The notes: a model not told the origin generated them from the letters alone. A stretch of DNA of 64,000 bases from Nitrospirota bacterium (GCA_963701855.1 CAVPBK010000006.1:1152001-1216000), one strand, 5' to 3'. Counted from the stretch's first letter, positions 21,401-31,341 are shown. Made by a program: numbers and translations.

Positions 21401-21702
21401 GCAGGGTTCGCGAGCGGTGTTCTGGCTACCCCTGAATCGCGAAGCGTATATCGCGCCGATTGACGATCAATCCATTGCACCGATGAATCAATTCATGCAC
21501 TGGCTCACGCTCCACAAACGATGGTGAAGAGGGTGGCCTTGGGAGCATTCTGTGGGACCGGAACGAATTGGCCTGCCGATTGAGGCCTAGGCACAGCGAT
21601 GCGTCGGTTCCCGGACAAATTCTTGACAGGATTGAAAAACGAGTACAGGCTGTATTCATTGTGAAGGAAATCATCATTACTATCTATTCCAGGAGGTGCT
21701 GC

Positions 21703-21984
21703 ATGCAGAAATTGATCGGCGTCGCGTTTGCCGCTCTGTGTCTGATCGGGACCAGCTCGCTGGCTCTAGCTGACGATGCCATGAAGAGCGAGATGGGTAC
21801 GATGAAGGGCGAGATGAAAGCCGAGAAAGGTGCGATGAAGGGCAAAATGAAGGCCCACAAAGACGCGATGAAGGCGAAACACCATGAGATGAAGGGCAAG
21901 ATGAAGACGCACAAAGATGCGGCAAAATCCAGCCCGGCAGTCGCTGCTCCGATGTCAGCCCCCGTCCCTGTCGCCGCACCATAA
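21703..21984 (+). CDS. Small exported Met/Lys/His-rich protein
   Basis: AGGAGG RBS, signal peptide ending ALA, repeated MKG/MKA units. Confidence 0.75.
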   Translation: MQKLIGVAFAALCLIGTSSLALADDAMKSEMGTMKGEMKAEKGAMKGKMKAHKDAMKAKHHEMKGKMKTHKDAAKSSPAVAAPMSAPVPVAAP

Positions 21985-22012
21985 GTTTTCGCAGTCGCGT
22001 TAGTAGATACCT

Positions 22013-22043
22013 GGCCCTCGGGAGGTCTTTCCTTCTGAGGGCC
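22013..22043 (+). terminator. Putative intrinsic terminator hairpin
   Basis: GGCCCTCGGGAGG-TCTTT-CCTTCTGAGGGCC about 30 bp after the 21984 stop; weak U-tract. Confidence 0.5.
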
Positions 22044-22059
22044 GTTCTATGTTGAACTT

Positions 22060-22171
22060 GAATATTCCCCGTAGCTTGCTACGGGGTTCGCCTCTGGTTC
22101 CGTCCTGCTTCCGAGGAGTCTTCGAAATTAAGTTCTATGATACCCCGCAGCTTGCTGCGGGGAGCTTCATT
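22060..22171. mobile_element. IS200/IS605-type non-autonomous palindromic element
   Basis: Two hairpins CCCCGTAGCTTGCTACGGGG (22067-22086) and CCCCGCAGCTTGCTGCGGGG (22143-22162), the second followed by AGCTTCATT. Confidence 0.65.
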
Positions 22172-22344
22172 TCTCTCAGACAAGGACGGGCACGAAGGAA
22201 GCGGGGCTTGGTTCACCGTCATGACGTCACGACGAGAACCGGAATCGCCTCCTCGGTAAACCGCTTCACCGACCATATCCCTCGCCTTGTTCCCCAGTGG
22301 GTCTTTTGCTAGGATGCGGCGGTCTGAATGTTTGCAGGACTCCC

Positions 22345-23118
22345 ATGAAAATCGCGACCTTCAACGTCAACTCTCTCCGCAAACGTTTGCCGATCGTGCT
22401 CGATTGGCTTGCCCGGCAGAAGCCGGACGTACTTTGTCTTCAAGAAACCAAAGTCCAGGACAGCGAGTTTCCGCTACTGGCATTGGCGGAATCCGGGTAC
22501 GACATCACCTACCGGGGGATGAAATCGTATAACGGCGTCGCGATATTGAGCCGGGAGAAGCCAGAGGCGGTGGCGTACGGGTTTGACGATGGAGGCGAAT
22601 CGGAGGATGCGCGGCTCTTGCGCGTAGTGATCAAGGGGATTCCCATCGTGAATACCTATGTGCCGCAAGGCTTCGAGATCGACTCACCCAAGTATCAATA
22701 CAAGCTTGGCTGGTACGATCGGCTCCGCAAGTATTTCGAAAAGCATGTGCTGCCGAACAAACCGGCCATCTGGTGTGGCGATATGAACGTCGCTCCTCGG
22801 CCTATGGACGTGCACAGCCCAGAAAAACATCTCAAGCATGTCTGCTATCACGAAGATGTGCGGCGAGCGTATGAGAACACGTTGGCGTGGGGATTTCAGG
22901 ACGTGTTTGTGAAACTCTATCCGGACCGGCAGCAGTATACGTTTTGGGATTACCGGGCGCCGGGCTCGCTGGAAGCGAATAAAGGCTGGCGCATCGACCA
23001 TATTCTGACAACGGCCTCGCTGGCAGAACACTGTGTCAGGGTAGAGGTGGACGTCGAGCCGCGGCGAGCGAAAGACCCTTCAGATCACACATTCTTATGG
23101 GCGGAGTTTTCGGTCTAA
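22345..23118 (+). CDS. xth: Exodeoxyribonuclease III
   Basis: MKIATFNVNS, LCLQETK, YNGVAILS, CGDMNVA, GWRIDH, SDH. Confidence 0.96.
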   Translation: MKIATFNVNSLRKRLPIVLDWLARQKPDVLCLQETKVQDSEFPLLALAESGYDITYRGMKSYNGVAILSREKPEAVAYGFDDGGESEDARLLRVVIKGIPIVNTYVPQGFEIDSPKYQYKLGWYDRLRKYFEKHVLPNKPAIWCGDMNVAPRPMDVHSPEKHLKHVCYHEDVRRAYENTLAWGFQDVFVKLYPDRQQYTFWDYRAPGSLEANKGWRIDHILTTASLAEHCVRVEVDVEPRRAKDPSDHTFLWAEFSV

Positions 23119-23208
23119 CCACGAGCGCAACGTCCACATCTGCCTAGCTCGGTCGGTTCTCTATGGCGTCCACACCGACCGAACTGGCTCACGATCTCGA
23201 ACGAACCA

Positions 23209-23379
23209 TTACGCCGCATGCAGGACCCGCTGCTTCGCAGGCAACGGGGTCACGCGATTCTGTGCAATCAATGGATCGAGGACCAGTCCGCAATTGATAC
23301 AGCGGAGCACTGCGGCCTCCGGGGAGAATTCCGGCCGCCACTCTTTCACCATCAGCCCTTTGCATTTTTGACAGGTCAT
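23209..23379 (-). CDS. Small CxxC...CxxC zinc-ribbon protein (56 aa)
   Basis: Manual translation MTCQKCKGLMVKEWRPEFSPEAAVLRCINCGLVLDPLIAQNRVTPLPAKQRVLHAA*; strong AGGAGGT RBS; below the ORF-track cutoff. Confidence 0.8.
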   Translation of the reverse strand: MTCQKCKGLMVKEWRPEFSPEAAVLRCINCGLVLDPLIAQNRVTPLPAKQRVLHAA

Positions 23380-23491
23380 CGTGCTCACCTCCTGCTTTCG
23401 TGTGTTCCGGCGCCGACGAGTCGACCGTTCACGAGGGGAACTCTAACATTGCAAGATTAATAAGGTGTTAACTGGCAGTTAAAACTCTCTA

Positions 23492-24787
23492 ATGTCTATA
23501 CATGACGATTTGTATGATGTTGCGGTGGTCGGTGCTGGCGCCGCCGGTCTGGCAGCTTCGATTTTCGTGGCAGAGACGGCCGCGAAGGGCGATCGCGTTC
23601 AGAGGATTGTGCTGCTCGATGGTGTGAAAACGATCGGCGCCAAGATCCTCGTCTCCGGAGGCGGGCGCTGTAATGTGACGCACGAGGCCGTCATCCCCAC
23701 CGACTACTTTGGCAATCGCCGGATCATCAAGAATGTGCTGGCGGCGTTTTCCGTTGAGCAGACCGTGAAGTGGTTTGCCTCGTTAGGGGTCGAGCTTAAA
23801 CGCGAAGAGACCGGGAAGCTCTTTCCCGTTACCGACAACGCACGAACTGTCCTGAACGCGCTTGTTGATCGCTGTCACGCGCTTGATGTCGCCATTCGCC
23901 CGGACCATCGGGTAACGAGCATCGAAAGTCGAGGTGGGTTAGAACCTGGATTTATCCTGCACCATACCCACGGGATTCTATATGTGAAGAAGGTTATTCT
24001 GGCAACCGGAGGCCGATCGATCCCCAAATCGGGGAGCGATGGATTCGGCTACGAATTAGCGCGACGTTTGAGTCATTGGGTGACGGCCACTGTCCCGGCA
24101 CTCGTGCCACTAATGCTTGACGACCAGATGTTTCATAAGACACTCTCCGGTCTCTCGCATAACGTCGAGTTGACCACTATGGTGAAGGGTCGCGTCGTCG
24201 ACCGCCGGACAGGGAGTTTACTCTGGACCCACTTCGGCATCAGTGGGCCAGTGGTCATGGATGTGAGCCGCTTCTGGACACTTGGGCATGAGCAGGGAGA
24301 AACCGTAGAGGTTTATGGAAACTTCTTGATCGGTCAGACACAAGAACAGGCAAAGTCGTGGGTTATGGAGCAAGCGAAGGGCAATCCCCGGCGATCATTG
24401 CTGAAGACATGGGCGCAACAGATACCAGAGCGGTTTGCCGAAGCACTCTGTTCCCACGTCGAATGCGATCCCAAGACGGCGATTGCACAACTGCCGCGAA
24501 AAGACCGAGATCGTCTGCTCGCTGCACTGACCAAGTTTAAATTCCCAGTCAAACACGATCGAGGTTGGAACTATGCCGAGGTCACAGCCGGTGGTGTGCC
24601 GCTCGAAGAAATCAACTTTCGGACTATGGAATCCAAGCTGGTGCCGGGCCTCTATCTGATTGGTGAGATTCTCGACTGCGACGGCCGGATCGGCGGGTTC
24701 AACTTCCAATGGGCCTGGGCGACGGGATTTCTGGCTGGCCGTGCGATCGTGTCCTGTCGCCGATCAGATTATTCGCAAGGCGGCTGA
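23492..24787 (+). CDS. HI0933/YhiN/BaiN-family flavoprotein
   Basis: GAGAAG, GAKILVSGGGRCNVT, LLWTHFGISGP, AEVTAGGV, GRIGGFNFQWAW. Confidence 0.93.
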   Translation: MSIHDDLYDVAVVGAGAAGLAASIFVAETAAKGDRVQRIVLLDGVKTIGAKILVSGGGRCNVTHEAVIPTDYFGNRRIIKNVLAAFSVEQTVKWFASLGVELKREETGKLFPVTDNARTVLNALVDRCHALDVAIRPDHRVTSIESRGGLEPGFILHHTHGILYVKKVILATGGRSIPKSGSDGFGYELARRLSHWVTATVPALVPLMLDDQMFHKTLSGLSHNVELTTMVKGRVVDRRTGSLLWTHFGISGPVVMDVSRFWTLGHEQGETVEVYGNFLIGQTQEQAKSWVMEQAKGNPRRSLLKTWAQQIPERFAEALCSHVECDPKTAIAQLPRKDRDRLLAALTKFKFPVKHDRGWNYAEVTAGGVPLEEINFRTMESKLVPGLYLIGEILDCDGRIGGFNFQWAWATGFLAGRAIVSCRRSDYSQGG

Positions 24788-24832
24788 AACGTCCTCTCCG
24801 GACCAGACGACGTCCAGCAGGGCTCGTTTCTC

Positions 24833-25192
24833 TCAGGCCGCATTGACTTGTGGTCTGGCGTCGTCCTTCAACCCCCCAAATTTGGACTCATATTCGGCGA
24901 CCACACGATTGAGCACGGCGGCCAACCGTTTTGCCGCAAAGGGGTTCAGCACGATACGATTCGTCAGCTGAACCTGGATATTCGCCTGCGCCCGCTCCCA
25001 CACGTTATTGACGCCAAAGGCCAGCACCACTTCTTCACGGGTCGAAGATACGTTGCACACGTTGGCGTAGGAACTCTGAAGATTGGAGACATCAAACTGG
25101 ACCGTCGGAGTGGCATTGGTTGGCTGGCTTGGATGTGACGGGCTTGCCAAGGATAGGCCCGTTGCATTCGCCGTTGATCCTGCCTCTTTCAT
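24833..25192 (-). CDS. DUF3467-like protein
   Basis: SSYANVCNVSSTREEVVLAFG...RIVLNPFAAKRLAAVL..VV..YE.KFG; GGAGG RBS before MKEAG. Confidence 0.8.
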   Translation of the reverse strand: MKEAGSTANATGLSLASPSHPSQPTNATPTVQFDVSNLQSSYANVCNVSSTREEVVLAFGVNNVWERAQANIQVQLTNRIVLNPFAAKRLAAVLNRVVAEYESKFGGLKDDARPQVNAA

Positions 25193-25521
25193 AAAGACCT
25201 CCCTGGTGATGGGTGAAACCGTTCTCAACCGAAAGAAACACATTCCCAACATCTTGTACGCAGGCTAGCAAGAAATGTGACGCACAAAAAGGAAAAACAG
25301 GATTTGTGCGATCGTTTCCGTGCCACCGAGGCTGTTCATCGCGACCACGCGGTGAGGGGATGTACAAATGCGGAAAAATGATGACAAACCACAGCAGTCA
25401 AGTACTCTGATAACAATCTACGCAGGCATTGAGCCGGTCGGTGGTCGGGCAGCAGAGCGCGGTTGTCTGTCGCCGCGCGAAATAGGTCTGGTTCAAGTGG
25501 TGCGCCTATGCAGAAAGTGAC

Positions 25522-27060
25522 ATGGTGAACGAACCGAATTCTCCAGCTGACCGCTCTCGAGGCATAGCTAGCCCGTTACTGGTGGTACTGACGATTCTCG
25601 CTGCCATAGGTCTCAGCAGTTGTGCCGTCACACCAATACCGTTGACGAGGGAAGAGGTGCGATCACGAGCGCAAGAAGATCGGGCCGTTCTAATAAAGGA
25701 TCAAGAGCCTGTCTCGGGCCCGATCGATCTCTACGAAGCAATGGCGCGGGCGCTGAAGTATAACCTCGACGCGCGTGTCGAGCTGATGCACAAGATGCTG
25801 GCACAGACGCAACTTGATCTGTCTCACTATGCCATGTTGCCTCGTCTCGCGGCGAACGCTGGATTCGACGGTCGCGATAATTACTCGGGAGGAGTTGGGC
25901 GGTCCTTGGTTACAGGGATAGATAACCTCTCACCTTTTACCTCTTCCGAGAAAAACGTATTCTCCGCCGATCTGTCGCTTAGTTGGAATGTGTTGGATTT
26001 CGGAATGTCGTACATCCGAGCGAAGCAGGCAGCCGACGACGTGTTGATCGCTGAAGAAGAGCGTCGGCGTGTGGCTAATCGGGTGATGCAGGATGTGCGG
26101 GCCGCCTATTGGCGTGCCGTCAGCGCGGAACGAATTCTCCCCTCACTCAAGATGCTGGATGAATGGGTGAAGACCGCGCTGGAAAAAGCCCAAGCAGTTC
26201 AGGACGAGAAACTGAGTACGCCACTGGTTCCCTTGCAGTACAGGCTAGAACTCCTCAATACCCAACGCTACATTCAACAGTTATTCCGGGAACTCAATAT
26301 TGCGAAGCTTCATTTGGTCGCGCTCATCAATCTTCCTCCAGGCCAGGAGCAAGAAATGAAGCTCATGGTTCCGGAGCGAGAGGCTGGAACGCTGAACCTT
26401 CCGCTGGATATGACGATGCTGGAGGATCGAGCTCTGGAAGCACGCCCGGAACTGAGGCAGATTGATTATCGTCGTCGCATCAACGCGCGCGAGACTAAGG
26501 CGGCGATTCTCGAAATGATCCCCAGCCTGAATTTCCAAGTCGGCGGGAACTACAATGGCAACGCGCTTCTCTTCCATCAGCATTGGGCCGCCTATGCAGC
26601 CCGGACCAGTTGGAATTTGCTGAACATCTTTCGGTATCCAGCCCGGGCGAAGACCATTGAGGCTCAAGATAAGGTGCTACACACGCAGAACCTCGCACTG
26701 ACCATGGCCATCATGTCGCAGGTGCATGTCAGCGTGGCACAGGTGGCATATGCGAAGAAAGAAACCTCTACGGCGAAGCTCTATCACGATACGCAGTCCC
26801 AAATTTCCGAGCAGACTCGATTAGGTTGGCGGATCGGACGGCAGAGCGAACAGGCTGTGCTGCGCGAACGAGTCAATCAGGTGGCGGCACAACTGCGATA
26901 CGATGCCATAGAATCCGAACTCCAAACCTCCTGGGCCTCGCTCCTGGCCGCCATTGGAGAAGATGTACTGCCCAACGATCTGACGCGGGAACAGAGCGTG
27001 TCCGACCTCGCCCTCGAAATTCGTACGCGATGGGCGAAAAGCAAGGAGTTGATCAAGTGA
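25522..27060 (+). CDS. TolC-family outer membrane efflux lipoprotein
   Basis: LSSC lipobox, EAMARALKYNLD, LSWNVLDFG, ARPEL, IPSLNF. Confidence 0.9.
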   Translation: MVNEPNSPADRSRGIASPLLVVLTILAAIGLSSCAVTPIPLTREEVRSRAQEDRAVLIKDQEPVSGPIDLYEAMARALKYNLDARVELMHKMLAQTQLDLSHYAMLPRLAANAGFDGRDNYSGGVGRSLVTGIDNLSPFTSSEKNVFSADLSLSWNVLDFGMSYIRAKQAADDVLIAEEERRRVANRVMQDVRAAYWRAVSAERILPSLKMLDEWVKTALEKAQAVQDEKLSTPLVPLQYRLELLNTQRYIQQLFRELNIAKLHLVALINLPPGQEQEMKLMVPEREAGTLNLPLDMTMLEDRALEARPELRQIDYRRRINARETKAAILEMIPSLNFQVGGNYNGNALLFHQHWAAYAARTSWNLLNIFRYPARAKTIEAQDKVLHTQNLALTMAIMSQVHVSVAQVAYAKKETSTAKLYHDTQSQISEQTRLGWRIGRQSEQAVLRERVNQVAAQLRYDAIESELQTSWASLLAAIGEDVLPNDLTREQSVSDLALEIRTRWAKSKELIK

Positions 27061-27845
27061 CCCGTCTCAGCTGGCCACTAGCTTGTGGCTGTATCATGGG
27101 CCTGTGGTTCCTGATGCCGATGTGGCTCGCGACGGCCGGCACCAAGTCAGATCCCAAGCCCGCCAGCAGCGCGGCAGAACTCAGCACGATCCGTGGGCTC
27201 GTGAAGGCGACCGCGCAAGCCACCTTAGCCAGCCAGGTTCAGGGCCGGATCAGCCAGCTGCCGTTCAAGGAGGGGCAGCGGTTTAAAAAAGGAGCCATCC
27301 TGGTTGCCCTCGATTGTTCGAAGTATGAGGCGGAACTGGCGAGCGTCCAGGCGGAATATCGCGGCAAGAGGAAGACCTACGAGAACAACGTCCAGCTCGC
27401 TAAACACCAAGCCGTTGGTGAACTCGAACTCGTGGTCTCTCAGGCCGATGCGGAGAAAGCGTTTGCCGCTGTGAAGGTCGCGCAAGTCAATGTGACCGGC
27501 TGCACCGTGCGCGCACCGTTTCCTGGACGTGTCGTCAAAATGATCGTGAACGAACACGAGAATGTATTTCCCAACGACCAGCTCATAAGCCTGTTGGATG
27601 ATAGCCTACTGGAGATCGAGCTCATTCTGCCGTCGAAGTCTCTCGCGTGGCTGAAGGTCGGCACGCCGTTCGATTACACCGTCGATGAAACGGCACTTCG
27701 GTATCCCGCGGTGGTGCAGGACATCGGCGCGAACGTTGATCCTGCCAGCCAGACAGTGAAGGTGAAGGGTTTGTTCCGCGCCCAGCCGGACAATGTGCTG
27801 GCAGGCATGAGCGGAACCGCCTCCTTCACGGAGCTCCCACGCTAA
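27057..27845 (+). CDS. HlyD/RND periplasmic adaptor subunit
   Basis: GTG start overlaps TolC stop; LASQVQGRI..FKEGQRFKKG, VRAPFPGRV, VDPASQT, LAGMSG. Confidence 0.88.
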   Translation: MTRLSWPLACGCIMGLWFLMPMWLATAGTKSDPKPASSAAELSTIRGLVKATAQATLASQVQGRISQLPFKEGQRFKKGAILVALDCSKYEAELASVQAEYRGKRKTYENNVQLAKHQAVGELELVVSQADAEKAFAAVKVAQVNVTGCTVRAPFPGRVVKMIVNEHENVFPNDQLISLLDDSLLEIELILPSKSLAWLKVGTPFDYTVDETALRYPAVVQDIGANVDPASQTVKVKGLFRAQPDNVLAGMSGTASFTELPR

Positions 27846-27847
27846 AT

Positions 27848-29212
27848 ATGAACGCAGCAGAAAGTAAGCCACCCAGCCTGCCGAAGAACGCGGTAGTCTA
27901 CACGTTGCTTCAGGTGGAAGGGAAGATTCGCGCCGTCCAGAACCAGCAAGAACTACAATTTCTCTTCGTCAATGAAACGCGTCGGTTGGTTCCCTATCAA
28001 CAAGCAATACTGCTCAGCCCGCTGACCCCGTCGGCACAAAGTTATCAGGTAAGAGCCGCATCGAGTATCCCGGTGGTGGATCGCACCGTGCCCTTGATGC
28101 AATGGACCGAGCGATTGATTGGAGGTCTGCGCAAGACTTCGACAGGGCCGGACATGTGTCACGTCACGGAAACGGATTGCCCTGCCGAGCTCAGACCAGA
28201 CTGGAAAGAATTTACTCCAGGCTATGGATTGTGGTGCCCTCTCAAGCACCCCGGGGGACAGATTATTGGCGGCCTGTGGATGACGCGGGACCAGCCCTGG
28301 GCAGACCATGAGGTGCCGATCCTGCAGCGTCTCAGCGAAGCCTATGCCTATGCCTGGCACGCCGTCGGCCGATCGAACAGCCGTCGGTGGAGATGGGGAC
28401 TGAGCCGGACCACGACATGGATACTCGCAATTGCAACGCTGGGCGCACTGGCCATTCCCGTCCCCATGTCGACGCTGGCGCCTGCGAAGATTGTCGCAAA
28501 GGATCCCCTGATCGTGAGCGCGCCGATCGATGGTGTCATCGCCGAGATTCTCGTCCTCCCCAATACTGTCGTGTCCGAAGGCCAAGTGTTGTTCAAGTAC
28601 GAAGACACCACGTTCAGAAGCGAGTATGACGTTGCGGAACGGAACCTTGATGTGGCGATGGCGCAGTATCGGCGCGCGGCGCAAGGCTCATTCGTAGAAG
28701 CCGACCAAAAGGCCGATGTTCCGTTGTTGAAAGCCGAAGTCGAGTTGCGAGAAACCGAGCGGAACTATGCCCATGAACGATTGACGAAGGTCGAGGTGAA
28801 GGCGGAGCAGGCCGGGCTGTTGCTCTACTCGGACAAGTCCGATTGGATCGGAAAGCCGGTCGTGGTCGGCCAACGCATCATGGAACTGGCGAACCCACAG
28901 CAGCTGGAGGTGCGGATCGATCTGCCGGTGGAGGATGCCATTGTGTTGCGCGAAGGCGCATCGGCGACGCTGTTCCTGAATGCCAATCCTTTTTCCAGCG
29001 TTCCTGCTACGGTCAGTCATGCGAGCTACCATGCCGAGGTCTTGCCGAACAATACGCTGGCCTACCGTGTGACGGCACAGCTCGAGCAAGGATCATCGGA
29101 ATTCCGCATAGGCTGGCAAGGCAGCGCAAAAATATACGGAGAGCAGGTGCTGCTGTTCACCTATCTGTTCCGTCGCCCGATTTCCGCCATCCGACCATGG
29201 ATCGGCCTATGA
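27848..29212 (+). CDS. HlyD-family adaptor with N-terminal GAF-like cytoplasmic domain
   Basis: N-terminal FVNETRRLVPYQQA...GGLWMTRD region, one TM, VSAPIDGVI, RIGWQGSAKIYG, YLFRRP. Confidence 0.85.
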   Translation: MNAAESKPPSLPKNAVVYTLLQVEGKIRAVQNQQELQFLFVNETRRLVPYQQAILLSPLTPSAQSYQVRAASSIPVVDRTVPLMQWTERLIGGLRKTSTGPDMCHVTETDCPAELRPDWKEFTPGYGLWCPLKHPGGQIIGGLWMTRDQPWADHEVPILQRLSEAYAYAWHAVGRSNSRRWRWGLSRTTTWILAIATLGALAIPVPMSTLAPAKIVAKDPLIVSAPIDGVIAEILVLPNTVVSEGQVLFKYEDTTFRSEYDVAERNLDVAMAQYRRAAQGSFVEADQKADVPLLKAEVELRETERNYAHERLTKVEVKAEQAGLLLYSDKSDWIGKPVVVGQRIMELANPQQLEVRIDLPVEDAIVLREGASATLFLNANPFSSVPATVSHASYHAEVLPNNTLAYRVTAQLEQGSSEFRIGWQGSAKIYGEQVLLFTYLFRRPISAIRPWIGL

Positions 29213-31341
29213 AACTGACAACGCCGCCCACGCAGGATGTCGCGTTACCGCTGTTGCGCGGGGATCTCCAGCTCATCGAGGGTGGCTCGGCCGCCGATGG
29301 TTCGCCGACTTGGGTCATCGTCGATCCGGTCCGCGGGAAATATTTTCAGATCGGCTGGGCGGCCTACCAGATTCTGTCGCGCTGGGACGCCCAATCCGCG
29401 GAGGCCATCCTCGCGCAGATCCATACGGACACGACCTGCCGAGCCACAAAGCATGACGTCGAGGATCTCCTCCGATTTTTGTATGCCAACCATCTGATGC
29501 GCGATCCGCCGCAGGGTGGGTATCGGGCCTATGCCGAGCAAGCAGAGGCTGCGCGGCCATCTTGGGTGACCTGGCTGGTGCATCACTATCTGTTTTTCCA
29601 GATTCCACTCCTCCGGCCGGATCGGTTTCTTCGTGCCACGCTTCCGTTCGTGGACTGGCTCTATTCATGGGCTGTGGCCTGGGCGATCGGCGGTATCGGG
29701 TTCATCGGACTGTATCTGGTCTCGCGCCAGTGGGACACCTTCATGGCCACCGCCCTGCATTTTTTCACCCCCCGTGGCTTCGCGCTGTACATCCTCTGTC
29801 TGGCCTTCGTCAAGGTATTCCATGAACTCGGGCATGCCTATACGGCGACGCGCTATGGCTGTCGGGTTCCCACCATGGGCTTTGCCATGGTTGTAATGGT
29901 GCCGATGCTGTATTCAGACACTTCAGATGCGTGGAAATTAGCCTCCCGTCGTCAGCGTGCCGCGATCGGCGCTGCCGGTATGATCGTTGAATGCGCGTTG
30001 GCCGCCCTGGCGATCTTCGCGTGGAACTTTCTTGACGACGGCCTGGCGCGGAGTCTGGTGTTTATCGTGGCGACCACGAGCCTAATGGTCGGTGCTGCCA
30101 TTAATTTGAGCCCGTTCATGCGATTCGATGGGTACTATGTGCTTTCTGACTGGCTGGGCATTCCCAACTTGCACGATCGAGCCTTTGCCTTCGGGCGGTG
30201 GCAGCTACGGCGCCTTCTGTTTGGTTTGGATAGACCGATGCCCGAGCCGGTGACCGCTGCCCGACGCCGACTCTTGGTCTGGTTCGCCTGGGGAGTCTGG
30301 GCGTACCGTTTTACGCTGTTTCTCGGCATCGCGCTGATGGTGTACCACTATTTTTTCAAACTTCTGGGCCTGATTCTATTTGCCATTGAGATTGGGTGGT
30401 TCATCGTGCTCCCGATGGTGGGCGAACTGAAGATCTGGTGGGCCTTGCGCGGAGAAATCATCGAACGTCGGAGGGGGTGGCTCTCCGCCGGGGTGCTGGC
30501 CTGTGTCATCGCCGTACTGTTCGTGCCCTGGTCCGATCGCATCAGCCTCCCTGCGGTGTTGGAGTCGACGCCGCACGCGACAATCTATGCGCCAGCGCCC
30601 GGGAGGATCGTCGAACTGTCGGTGAAAGAAGGGAGGCTGGTGGGGGTGGGGGATAGGCTGGTTGTATTGGAGTCTCCCGCACTTGAAAAGGATATGGCGT
30701 TGACACGCAAACGGATCGAGGTTGAGAGATTGAGAAGCCAGCGACAGTTCGTCGATCGAGAAGAGCTCGCGAAGCACCAGGTAACGTTGGAAAACCTGAG
30801 GGCGCGCCTCTCACAGCTTGAAGGCCTGCTCCAGCAGCAACAGAACCTGTCACTAACGGCGCCGATTGCGGGAGTGGTGACCGACCGAGTGGAGGCCCTG
30901 CACGTGGGTCAGTGGATCAACAAGCAACTGCCGCTCGCATACGTGATCGATCCGGCCGGTGAAGAACTGCATGCGCTGGCTCCCGAGACAGACGTCGGCT
31001 ATCTCCACGAGGGTCAATCAGCCCGATTCATTCCAGAAGGTCCGGATCGGCCTAGCTTGGAGGCGCAGGTTACCGAGATTCGAGGCATCGACGAAAGCAG
31101 CTTCACGGTGCCCTACCTCCTCTCCGTCTATGGCGGAGATGTATCAGTTCGTGAAGATGCCAATCATAGACTGAAGCCCGAAACCTCCGTCTATCGCATC
31201 ACGCTGCATCTCGTCGAGTCGCCGCCACGATGGAACCAAGCCGTGCGAGGAACCGTGCTGGTGAAAGGCCCTCGTATCAGCTTTGCTCAACGAGCTTGGG
31301 AACAGACCGCCCGCATCTTCATTCGCGAAAGCGGTGCGTAG
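29209..31341 (+). CDS. PqqD-like / M50 site-2 protease / HlyD fusion membrane protein
   Basis: ATGA overlap with upstream gene; HELGH (HExxH) and NLSPFMRFDG (NxxPxxxxDG) S2P motifs; multiple TMs; C-terminal YAPAPGRI and LTAPIAGVV lipoyl-like hairpin. Confidence 0.88.
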   Translation: MKLTTPPTQDVALPLLRGDLQLIEGGSAADGSPTWVIVDPVRGKYFQIGWAAYQILSRWDAQSAEAILAQIHTDTTCRATKHDVEDLLRFLYANHLMRDPPQGGYRAYAEQAEAARPSWVTWLVHHYLFFQIPLLRPDRFLRATLPFVDWLYSWAVAWAIGGIGFIGLYLVSRQWDTFMATALHFFTPRGFALYILCLAFVKVFHELGHAYTATRYGCRVPTMGFAMVVMVPMLYSDTSDAWKLASRRQRAAIGAAGMIVECALAALAIFAWNFLDDGLARSLVFIVATTSLMVGAAINLSPFMRFDGYYVLSDWLGIPNLHDRAFAFGRWQLRRLLFGLDRPMPEPVTAARRRLLVWFAWGVWAYRFTLFLGIALMVYHYFFKLLGLILFAIEIGWFIVLPMVGELKIWWALRGEIIERRRGWLSAGVLACVIAVLFVPWSDRISLPAVLESTPHATIYAPAPGRIVELSVKEGRLVGVGDRLVVLESPALEKDMALTRKRIEVERLRSQRQFVDREELAKHQVTLENLRARLSQLEGLLQQQQNLSLTAPIAGVVTDRVEALHVGQWINKQLPLAYVIDPAGEELHALAPETDVGYLHEGQSARFIPEGPDRPSLEAQVTEIRGIDESSFTVPYLLSVYGGDVSVREDANHRLKPETSVYRITLHLVESPPRWNQAVRGTVLVKGPRISFAQRAWEQTARIFIRESGA

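Noticed and set aside
25488..25512. Sigma54 promoter upstream of tolC
   Set aside because: Only a weak GG-N10-GC match (TGGTTCAAGTGGTGCG); not supportable
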